From a virus (lineage: Duplodnaviria; Caudoviricetes): 64,000 bases of DNA. Both the position numbers and the translations under genes were made by a program. The stretch lies in IMG/VR virus record IMGVR_UViG_3300014205_000182, positions 64,001-128,000 of that record; one strand, given 5' to 3'. Below, one piece after another: positions 39,551-47,449 of this stretch. Each line of letters begins with the position of its first letter. The stretch's first letter is position 1. The notes under the pieces are model-generated. The model saw only the letters and a program-made list of their open reading frames with translations. It did not search any database and was not told where the DNA came from.

Positions 39551-39981
39551 ATCACATCGGAAAAACGGAGAAGGGGTGTACCCGTTGCCTGGAAACTAAA
39601 CCGATTGATAGTTTTTACCTGGTCAAACACCAGGCTAACGGAAGATTTTATCGGCAAGCCCAATGTAGGGCCTGTGACGACAGTAGACGCAAACGGGAGA
39701 ACGATTGTAATCGAGAGCGTAACAAGTGGCGTGCGATTCTGAAGAAGTACGGGATTACGAAAGATCAGTGGGAGGACAGGTTCTCACAGCAAGGTTCCAG
39801 ATGTGCAGTATGTCCTGCAATTGAACCTGGATGGGAACGCGGTTGGGTGGTGGATCACGATCACAAAACCGGACGTATACGAGGGTTACTGTGTGTTAAC
39901 TGTAACTTGTTAGTGGGTCACGCCAAAGACAACCCGTCAACGCTGCGGAATGCAGCGAAATACCTGGAGACAACACAATGA
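39541..39981 (+). mobile_element. EndoVII-family homing endonuclease inserted in the polymerase
   Basis: CAVC, VDHDHKTGRIRGLLC..CN; overlaps both polymerase fragments. Confidence 0.85.
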
Positions 39982-41207
39982 AGAAAATCAAGCGATGGAG
40001 CGCACAGTACGTTCCCAGCATGCGCGAATGCTTTCAAGCTCGCGACGGCAAGGGCTATTCGTCCGAGGACTTCAAGGCCGGTGAAACGTTTACGCACGCC
40101 CAGAGTTGTATCTGGTTGCTCGGATACTCTGACCTTGGTGTCGCTCTCCTGAACGACGTCGATCCTCACGGCGCCGTCGCTGCATCCGTTCTTGGTGTGA
40201 GCTACGAAGAATGGTTCAAGCGTCGTAAGGAACCTCTCTTTAAGGCGGCTCGTCAGGGCGCCAAGCCATTTACGTTTGGAAAGCCCACCGGCATGTCGTC
40301 GATCAAGCTTGTCTTGTCTAACCGCGCCCAGGGCCAGGATACGCCAGCCGAGGGAGGACCGTCGTGGATTGACGACGGAACGTATACCGGCAAGAAGATT
40401 CGCGGGTACAAGGGTACGAGATTCTGCATTCTGATGAACGGCTCACCTACCTGTGGTGACATCAAGGTAACCAGCTGGGGTCGTCGCGACAAGATCCCGC
40501 CGACTTGCAAGGCTTGTCTGGAATGTGCCGATCACCTCGGCAAGATTTGGCTCAAGCAGTGGCGTGAGAACCAGCCGTACTACGACATCAACGACGGGAT
40601 CGTCAACGAAGGTATGATGATCACTGAGGAAGCTCTGGAGCGTTGGCCGTGGCTCAAGAAGGTCTATCGCCCTGGCACGAAGACCGAACCTGGCCAGGTG
40701 ATGCAACACTGGTCCGGTCGTTTGCGTGGTGGTATGGACTTCACGACGACGTGCAACGGGTGGTTCCAAGTCCTTCTGGCCGAGATCACCAAGCTTGCAT
40801 ACCGCCTCGTCGCTCGTGAGTGCTACGACTCGACAATCAAGGTGCCAACACAGTTGTTCTACAACTCCAACCGTAGTCGTTACGCTGGTATGCAGAGCCC
40901 ACTGTTCCGGTCTACACCGGTTGCACCATTTCACGACGAGTTGTTTATGGAGCACCCGGCGTCGATGCTGGTTGACGGTGCAATGCGCACCAGTGAAGTA
41001 ATGCGTGATGTTTTTGCGTATGTTTGCCCGGACATGGCTGCGAAGGTTGGTGCCGACCCTACCATCATGGAGCGTTGGTACAAGAACGCCGAGCCGGTCT
41101 ACCGCGACGCGGCGGGTAACAAGTGCGAGCCCGACGCGCCGGGCGCACGGCTTTCGCTGTGGAAGCCGAAATTCGGACCGGGCGCTGAGGTTGTTGGAGT
41201 CCAGTGA
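39978..41207 (+). CDS. family A DNA polymerase, C-terminal fragment (motifs A, B, C)
   Basis: RECF..., SEDFKAGE, RQGAKPFTFG, FHDEL; own GGAG ribosome-binding site. Confidence 0.85.
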   Translation: MKKIKRWSAQYVPSMRECFQARDGKGYSSEDFKAGETFTHAQSCIWLLGYSDLGVALLNDVDPHGAVAASVLGVSYEEWFKRRKEPLFKAARQGAKPFTFGKPTGMSSIKLVLSNRAQGQDTPAEGGPSWIDDGTYTGKKIRGYKGTRFCILMNGSPTCGDIKVTSWGRRDKIPPTCKACLECADHLGKIWLKQWRENQPYYDINDGIVNEGMMITEEALERWPWLKKVYRPGTKTEPGQVMQHWSGRLRGGMDFTTTCNGWFQVLLAEITKLAYRLVARECYDSTIKVPTQLFYNSNRSRYAGMQSPLFRSTPVAPFHDELFMEHPASMLVDGAMRTSEVMRDVFAYVCPDMAAKVGADPTIMERWYKNAEPVYRDAAGNKCEPDAPGARLSLWKPKFGPGAEVVGVQ

Positions 41208-41229
41208 GACCTTCGCTGGTTATCTGGGC

Positions 41230-41841
41230 ATGACGTACGAGAGACCAGATAGCCGTCCTCTGCCAGAGTTTCAGCCTTGGCCTAAGATCCCGAGACTTAA
41301 CCGTGAGGTTACCGTTTCGGAGAAGATCGATGGAACAAACGCTGCGGTCTGGATTTCTGATGACGGTACTCAAATCGGTGCCCAGTCTCGGACGAAGTGG
41401 ATCACTCCCAAGGATGATAACTACGGTTTCGCTCGTTGGGTAGAGGAAAACCGCGACGAGCTTCTAAAGCTCGGACCTGGACATCACTTCGGTGAATGGT
41501 GGGGCTCTGGTATCAACCGCCGCTACGGTCTAACCGAGCGTAGGTTCTGGTTGTTCAACACGCATCGTTGGGGTAATCCGGATACACGTCCTGCGTGTGT
41601 GGGCTGCGTTCCAGTTCTTTGGAACGGTAACTACCAGGACATGGATCTTGCTGCAATCATGGCCAAGCTCACGAGTGAGGGTAGCGTGTCTGCGCCCGGG
41701 TTTATGAAGCCTGAGGGAGTTGTAATCTTCCATCACGCCGCAGATCAGTACTTCAAGGTGCTTGCGGAGGGTGACGAGTTACCTAAGGGGATTACTACGT
41801 TGAAGGAACGCGCAACGCTTGCAAAGCTGGAGGGAAAATGA
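41230..41841 (+). CDS. ATP-dependent RNA ligase (Rnl2-like)
   Basis: KIPRL, EKIDGTNA, GEW.G, EGVV. Confidence 0.8.
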   Translation: MTYERPDSRPLPEFQPWPKIPRLNREVTVSEKIDGTNAAVWISDDGTQIGAQSRTKWITPKDDNYGFARWVEENRDELLKLGPGHHFGEWWGSGINRRYGLTERRFWLFNTHRWGNPDTRPACVGCVPVLWNGNYQDMDLAAIMAKLTSEGSVSAPGFMKPEGVVIFHHAADQYFKVLAEGDELPKGITTLKERATLAKLEGK

Positions 41842-42104
41842 GCGATCGAAAGTTCAAGATTGGTGACGTCGTTGTTCTGCGCTCGGGCGGGCCGCAGATG
41901 ACCGTACTTCAATACGAAGTCGACAAATTTAACTACGTTGAGGACGACGAGGAGCCCGGTGTGGAGTGTTGTTGGTTTGCCGAGACAGGCAACGGGTACA
42001 CACCAGACGACATCCACAGTGATGAATTTGCTGAAGAGATTCTGACACTGCTTTACACCGCTGAAGCTTTTGACAACGCCAATAAACACAAGAGGGACCA
42101 GTGA
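41838..42104 (+). CDS. YodC/DUF2158-family protein
   Basis: FKIGDVV.LRSGGP.MTV...C.WF. Confidence 0.8.
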   Translation: MSDRKFKIGDVVVLRSGGPQMTVLQYEVDKFNYVEDDEEPGVECCWFAETGNGYTPDDIHSDEFAEEILTLLYTAEAFDNANKHKRDQ

Positions 42105-42502
42105 GCCTCTGGACACGTGGTATCACATCTCTCGGCTGGATCGGAATCGATCTTGACGGAACTCTAGCCACTTACGGCACTCGCCAGTGGCCAGACATCG
42201 GCGAACCTGTCCCAGCTATCCTAGCAATCGTGAAGGATTACCTAGCTCAAGGGCGCGAAGTTCGCATCATGACGGCACGCGTCGGTAACCTCTTCAAGAA
42301 CCACGTAACTCGTGCAGAGTACGACGACGGAGTTGAGCAGGAGCGTTTAGTTCAGGCTTGGTGCATGAAGCATCTCGGCAGAGAACTACCTGTAACTGCC
42401 GTGAAGGACTATGATATGGACCTTCTTCTGGACGACCGTGCAGTGACTATCGAGAAAAACACTGGTGTGATCTTGACAAAGGATTGGAGCGTGACTAAAT
42501 GA
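42101..42502 (+). CDS. HAD-family (PNKP-type) phosphatase
   Basis: DLDGTLA, TAR, K, DDRA. Confidence 0.8.
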   Translation: MSLWTRGITSLGWIGIDLDGTLATYGTRQWPDIGEPVPAILAIVKDYLAQGREVRIMTARVGNLFKNHVTRAEYDDGVEQERLVQAWCMKHLGRELPVTAVKDYDMDLLLDDRAVTIEKNTGVILTKDWSVTK

Positions 42503-42507
42503 GTGAT

Positions 42508-42741
42508 ATGAACAATTCACAGAAGGCGGTACAGGCTCTGGTTATTCAGCTGCACGAAGCCGGTGAGCCGATTGAAGACATTACCGACGCGTTCTCGTTT
42601 GCTGGTGCCATTGCAGCGGCAAGCCTCAAGCTGCCGCGACGCAACGTCGAAGGCCTTGTCGGTATTCTTGCATCGGTGATGAACAACGAGATCCCTTCGC
42701 ATTATCCGTCCCTTGACGATAAGCCCTTGACAGAGAACTAG
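42508..42741 (+). CDS. hypothetical protein (start 42499 or 42508)
   Basis: TTGACA(42473)-17-TAAATG-6-ATG(42508). Confidence 0.55.
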   Translation: MNNSQKAVQALVIQLHEAGEPIEDITDAFSFAGAIAAASLKLPRRNVEGLVGILASVMNNEIPSHYPSLDDKPLTEN

Positions 42742-42755
42742 TTCGTAGTTAGATT
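42727..42755 (+). promoter_or_regulatory. promoter of ncRNA operon 2 / Ro60
   Basis: TTGACA-17nt-TAGATT; predicted +1 near 42761-42762. Confidence 0.85.
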
Positions 42756-42760
42756 GTTTT

Positions 42761-42825
42761 TGAGACAGTGAAGCTGACGGATACTTCATCCATTAAAGAA
42801 ACCCCGTCAACGTTATATCTTCTCA
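42761..42825 (+). ncRNA. Y-RNA-like element B
   Basis: TGAGA/TCTCA, CAGTGAAG, TGACGG/CCGTCA, ATACTTC...AAAC. Confidence 0.7.
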
Positions 42826-42829
42826 TTTT

Positions 42830-42903
42830 GCCCCTGTAGCTTAATTCTAGAGCACCGGTCATTAGGACCGGGGATCGTGGTGAAAATCCATGCAGGGGCG
42901 CCA
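42830..42903 (+). tRNA. tRNA-like RNA with atypical loop CA-TTA-GG (UUA at anticodon position, A33)
   Basis: GCCCCTG/CAGGGGC-G-CCA, GCTT/GAGC, CCGGT/ACCGG, CGTGG-TGAAAAT-CCATG. Confidence 0.8.
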
Positions 42904-42904
42904 A

Positions 42905-42965
42905 GCGGTAGTGATAGACTCGGATACTTCATGGGGAAATAAACCCGAGTCAACAATATCTCCGC
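42905..42965 (+). ncRNA. Y-RNA-like element C
   Basis: GCGG/CCGC, TAGTGATA, ACTCGG/CCGAGT, ATACTTC...AAAC. Confidence 0.7.
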
Positions 42966-42975
42966 GTTAATTTAT

Positions 42976-43061
42976 GCACCTTATAGCTAGCAGCGGCGTG
43001 AATCACCAGCAGTACTGGTCGCGAAAGCGTAGTCACGACAAAATGAAGGTAGGGTGCGCCA
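42976..43061 (+). ncRNA. CCA-ending multibranch RNA
   Basis: GCACCTTA/TAGGGTGC-G-CCA; CGTGA/TCACG enclosing ACCAG/CTGGT and CGC-GAAA-GCG. Confidence 0.6.
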
Positions 43062-43064
43062 ATT

Positions 43065-43194
43065 TGCCGATAGTGATGAGAGCGGTTACTTCATTGATAA
43101 CGAACGAGGTCCGGGCTGCAAACCCCGGCGCACCTGCAAAGGTGTGTAGCTTAATAGTAGAGCGCGAAAACACCGCAATCGATTATCTTCGGCA
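43065..43194 (+). ncRNA. YrlA-like Y RNA (element D) with circularly permuted tRNA domain
   Basis: same stem motif as A-C; inside, in order: AGGT, T arm CCGGG/CCCGG, acceptor hairpin CGCACCT-GCAA-AGGTGTG, D arm TAGCTTAATAGTAGAGC. Confidence 0.85.
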
Positions 43195-43202
43195 CTTTTC
43201 AA

Positions 43203-43248
43203 GTGCGCCCCTGGACTGAGGGTCGGGGGACGGGGTCCAGGGGCGCAC
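43203..43248 (+). other. 14-bp perfect hairpin with G-rich loop
   Basis: GTGCGCCCCTGGAC/GTCCAGGGGCGCAC; four G-tracts. Confidence 0.7.
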
Positions 43249-43364
43249 ATCCTTTTATGTCCAGCAAGCATTACAACCCTGAAAAACGTGTATGGCGAGG
43301 CCGCTCCTACAAGAACGGCAAGCGTGTTTCTGAACTCAAGTACTCCAACAAAGGTAGTGACACA

Positions 43365-45005
43365 ATGGCAAACATTCTGAATCCAAAGTCTCCGAAGAAG
43401 ATCGACCAAGTCGAAACCCACAAGAACTGGATGGGTGGAACTTCGTTCGACATCAACGATCCAATCATGCGGCTGCGCATCGCAGCTAGCTCGTGCTTCT
43501 TTGGCGAGCCACAGTACTACTCGACGGACCCTGACGACAAGCGCAAGGCGCGTCAGGCATCTATGCCTGCTAACTTCGGGAAGCCGACGACACTGCCGGC
43601 AGCGCAGCTTACCAAGCTTCGTCAGACGCTGACGGCCATCGATCCTCAGGAGTGGCGGTCGATGACGCCGGCTCAGGCGATGGTCTCTGCTATCGACGCA
43701 GCCCTAGACCACGACCCTGAGGCAACGCTCGGCATTGCAGCAGCGCTTCGCCAGGCTGATCACATCCGTACGACGCCCCAGGTTATCCTGGTTCGTGCAG
43801 CACACCACCCCAAGGTTCGTGGTACTGGCATGCTCAAGAAGTATGCTCAGGAGATCATGGCACGTGCAGACGAGCCGGCCGTCGGTCTCGCATACCACAT
43901 CTTTGCCTACGGCAAGGAGAAGCCAATCCCGAACGCCCTGAAGAAGGTGTGGGCACAGCGCCTCGCACGTGCTTCGGAGTACGACCTCGCCAAGTATCGC
44001 CTGGCTGACCACTCGGTCAAGACGGTCGACGTCGTCAACCTCGTTCACGCCAAGTCTCCAGCAATCGGAAAGCTCATGAAGGGTGAACTTACGACCGAGG
44101 GCGAGACGTGGGAGTCCATCATCTCGCAAGGCGGATCTACCAAGGAAAACTGGGAGAAGGCCATCGACAAGATGGGCCACATGGCCCTACTGCGAAACCT
44201 GCGTAACTTCAACGACAAGGGTGTTAACCCGTCGCTGTACACTGGCAAGCTCGTTGGTGGCGCAGCGACCGGTAAGCAGCTTCCGTTCCGCTATTACTCG
44301 GCGTACAAGGCTGTCGCCGGTTCTTCGGCACCGGTGATGGACGCTATCGAGCAGTGTCTGGAGATTTCGCTGGGTAACCTGCCGAAGTTCCCGGGCCGTA
44401 CGATGGCGCTTGCCGACAACTCGGGCTCGGCTCGTGGTGCAACCACGTCCACGATGGGAACGATGCAGGTTTCGACGATTGCTAACTTGACGGCTATCGT
44501 GGCCGGCAAGGTGTCGGACGACGGCTACATCGGTGTCTTCGGTGACACGTTGAACGTCGTGCCGGTGCGCAAGAGGTCGTCGGTGTTCGATCAGTTGAAG
44601 GCTGCCGACGAAGCTGGTGCAGCAGTCGGCGGTTCTACCGAGAACGGTATCTGGCTGTTCTGGGAGAAGGCTATCCGCGAGAAGGAGCATTGGGACAACG
44701 TGTTCGTGATGTCTGATATGCAGGCAGGTCACGGCGGGCTCTATGGTACGCGTGCGTCGATGGCGTCGTACTCTCGTGAGTACGGTTGGCCGGCAGCTAA
44801 CTCGCCGCACATCGACGTCGCCAAGCTCGTCAACACGTATCGCGCCAAGGTCAACCCGAAGGTCAACGTGTTTCTAATCCAGGTCGCCGGTTACCAGGAC
44901 ACCCTGATGCCGGAGTTCTACAACCGTACGTATATCCTCGGCGGATGGGGTGAAGGCGTTCTTCGCTTTGCTGCCGCGATGGCTAATATCGGAGAGGTTA
45001 AGTGA
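43365..45005 (+). CDS. Ro60/Rsr (TROVE + vWA) RNA-binding protein (alternative start 43257)
   Basis: FFGEPQYY, R.DE, MALLRNLRN, LPFRYYSAY, DNSGS MIDAS, SDMQ. Confidence 0.9.
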   Translation: MANILNPKSPKKIDQVETHKNWMGGTSFDINDPIMRLRIAASSCFFGEPQYYSTDPDDKRKARQASMPANFGKPTTLPAAQLTKLRQTLTAIDPQEWRSMTPAQAMVSAIDAALDHDPEATLGIAAALRQADHIRTTPQVILVRAAHHPKVRGTGMLKKYAQEIMARADEPAVGLAYHIFAYGKEKPIPNALKKVWAQRLARASEYDLAKYRLADHSVKTVDVVNLVHAKSPAIGKLMKGELTTEGETWESIISQGGSTKENWEKAIDKMGHMALLRNLRNFNDKGVNPSLYTGKLVGGAATGKQLPFRYYSAYKAVAGSSAPVMDAIEQCLEISLGNLPKFPGRTMALADNSGSARGATTSTMGTMQVSTIANLTAIVAGKVSDDGYIGVFGDTLNVVPVRKRSSVFDQLKAADEAGAAVGGSTENGIWLFWEKAIREKEHWDNVFVMSDMQAGHGGLYGTRASMASYSREYGWPAANSPHIDVAKLVNTYRAKVNPKVNVFLIQVAGYQDTLMPEFYNRTYILGGWGEGVLRFAAAMANIGEVK

Positions 45006-45811
45006 AGCGTCGCGATCTCAACCCAGGCGACGTGTTCGTTTATCTGGAGGTACACGACCAGCCCGTGCATAGAAAGCCTGTGCTTGGCGAGCTTCGTTAC
45101 GTTTACCAAGGTAGCACCCCGCCCTGGATCCCTGGTGTGCAGGCGAGCGGTGGCCCTAATGACATGGGCGGGGTATCGTGGTTGACCAAAGAGACTCTAG
45201 ATCTACCAGTCCTATTGATTCAGAAACCAGGAACTTAAGGAGCATTATGCAGAAGTTTACAACTAACAGCGACAATATCGTCAAGGCTCATTATGAGCGC
45301 TGCAACAGCAGCAACAACCGAGAGGTTCTGGCTCTTGCCAAGGAGATCTTTCTGCCCGAGGATAACCCTGTCAAGTCTCAGCGCGACGTAGATGCTCGCC
45401 TCGGCGACTTCGTCGCAGGAGTCGAGAAGCTCGGTTGGGAAGTTATTAGTAAGCCGGTACTGAAGTTTGCTGATCTCTTCGAATCAGCTAAATTCCAGTT
45501 TCAACGCAAACTCCCGTGAGCGAATGCTGGGTCTGTCAGGGCCGTACACTTCCTGACTATGACGATCTCCCAGGACACTGGCCTCCGGAGCCGGAGTACG
45601 ATTGCGATTGCGACTTTGAACTACCTTACGAGGTGAATAAAATGCGCGGGAAAGAAGCACGTGAGCGTCTTGAACGTCGTGAGTTAGACCGCACCAAGTG
45701 TGGCAAGGGCGACTGTAATCTAACCCCAGACCACGCTGGATCTCACCGGGGTGCTTGCGGGTGCGACACCGGTTGTGCTGCCGTGAATTGCCCTAATGCG
45801 CCGAGGTTTGG

Positions 45812-46126
45812 ATGAAGAACATGGTAGTCAATGCCTTGCCGCGTGAGCGGAACTACACAATCTGGGAAGCAAGTAAGCTTGGCACCGAGGGTACCAAGCG
45901 CTATTTGTGTTTCAGGACGTTCAACAACGCGGATCGCGATACCGTGACCGCAATCCAGAACTCCATGTTCATGTACGGATTCTTCAAGGGTGACGAGCAG
46001 GACTACGGGATGGCCTGTTGGTACGCCGTATTGACGGACGAATCGCGTGAGTTTGCTGAGCTTACGCTGGCAGGCGCTACGTATACGAAGCCTGGTGACA
46101 AGGTGTTCAACGGAGGCAAGGAGTGA
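45812..46126 (+). CDS. hypothetical protein
   Basis: coupled ORF. Confidence 0.6.
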   Translation: MKNMVVNALPRERNYTIWEASKLGTEGTKRYLCFRTFNNADRDTVTAIQNSMFMYGFFKGDEQDYGMACWYAVLTDESREFAELTLAGATYTKPGDKVFNGGKE

Positions 46127-46331
46127 GCCTTGAAGGCGTCGTACACAAACAACACTACTGTTCCGGTTGTAAGCGTATGTTACCACTGGCACCAGGCACT
46201 AGCGGATACGAGTACGGTACCATCGGTGTGGCACACGTCGTAAATGAGCCGATGTGTTTTGGAGTGCCTTGTTGGTTAGTAAAAAGCTACAGTAGAGCCG
46301 AACAACGGCGTAACTTAGAGGAGATGGTTGT

Positions 46332-46682
46332 ATGAGGCATAGTGGACGTTTCGATTGGCAGCTGGCCGGGATCATTGGGGTGATCACCGGCATAGTTGCG
46401 TTAAGTGGGCTAGGTATCTGGAAATACGCAGAGCATCGCGCCAAGTGTACAGATAACGGCGGTCACTGGGAGACCTACGACTGTCATACCGAACATTACA
46501 CGCAATGTCACCACAACGGCAGCGGCGAGGTTACGATTTGTCTGCCAGCTACACGTCGTGTGTGTAGTGAGCGTTGTGTTGGCGTGCGTGCCGAGAAGGT
46601 GTGTGAAGGAACCACCTGTTCCCCGATCAACGTCGAGTCTCACGTCGGACCGGTGCTAGTCCCGGAGTCTGTGAAGCCCTGA
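46332..46682 (+). CDS. membrane-anchored Cys-rich protein
   Basis: one transmembrane helix followed by multiple Cys. Confidence 0.65.
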   Translation: MRHSGRFDWQLAGIIGVITGIVALSGLGIWKYAEHRAKCTDNGGHWETYDCHTEHYTQCHHNGSGEVTICLPATRRVCSERCVGVRAEKVCEGTTCSPINVESHVGPVLVPESVKP

Positions 46683-46698
46683 TCTGGTTTACTGAGGT

Positions 46699-46986
46699 AT
46701 GACACCTTCAGTTCCTTTAGTAGCTCACTATAAGCGTGGCGAAGTACGCGAAATCAGCCTTCGTGTGATCGCTATCTCTCCTCAGAACGTAATGCTTGTC
46801 CTCTGGGAGAATAAGCTCGTTCCTGTACATCAGCCTCCAATGGGCCTACAACTAGATCGGGTAGAGATTTTAGTTGAACCGCCTGCTACCTCAGTAGTGA
46901 ACGTTAGCGTTCAGCCAGAGCCCAAGAAGCCAGGCCGACCGAAGAAGGTTGAATCCGACCCTGAGAAGCCGGATGAGACTGTATAA
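46699..46986 (+). CDS. hypothetical protein
   Basis: ORF with KKPGRPKK. Confidence 0.6.
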   Translation: MTPSVPLVAHYKRGEVREISLRVIAISPQNVMLVLWENKLVPVHQPPMGLQLDRVEILVEPPATSVVNVSVQPEPKKPGRPKKVESDPEKPDETV

Positions 46987-47449
46987 GTCTGGCAGTCGCT
47001 ACCTGGAGTTCGGCGATATTCGATTACCAGAACACTTTTGGTCGAAGTGTATTCCAGAGCCTAATAGTGGCTGCTGGTTATGGATTGCGTCCAAAACTAC
47101 CAACGGGTACGGTAAATTCTCAATAGCTCGCAGGCTACATCCAGCACATCGTGTCGCTTGGGAAGCACTGAACGGGGAAGTACCGTGCGGGCTGGAGATG
47201 GATCATCGTTGTCGTACCAGGTGTTGTGTTAACCCCGCGCACCTCGAAGCGGTGAAACACAAAACTAATGTCCGTCGCGGCACTGCCGGGGATGCACAGG
47301 CTGCTAGAAGTCACTGTCCTTCTGGTCATCCTTATGACGCCACTAATACCAGTATTCACCTGCGACGTGGTATGATGACTTACCGAAGATGCCGGCAGTG
47401 TGATCGTAAGCACTGGCGGGAGTATAAACGGAGGATTCGTGCAAAATAA
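46973..47449 (+). mobile_element. HNH homing endonuclease
   Basis: SGCWLW, GYG, AHRVAW, DH.C..RCCVNPAHL, HCP.GH. Confidence 0.9.

Noticed and set aside
39476-40019. Group I intron or split intein in the polymerase
   Set aside because: No non-coding space or recognisable core, no intein terminal residues, and the C fragment has its own ribosome-binding site
42830-42903. Genome-wide stop-codon recoding
   Set aside because: Genes are intact under code 11, and TAA, TAG and TGA all terminate coupled ORFs
42761-43194. CRISPR mini-array interpretation of the repeated motif
   Set aside because: Copies differ in sequence with compensatory pairing, spacing is irregular, and the intervening units are structured RNAs
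42974-43364. ORFs 42974..43219, 43086..43421 and the 43203 start for Ro60
   Set aside because: They overlap strongly structured RNAs; a start at 43365 (or 43257) fits better
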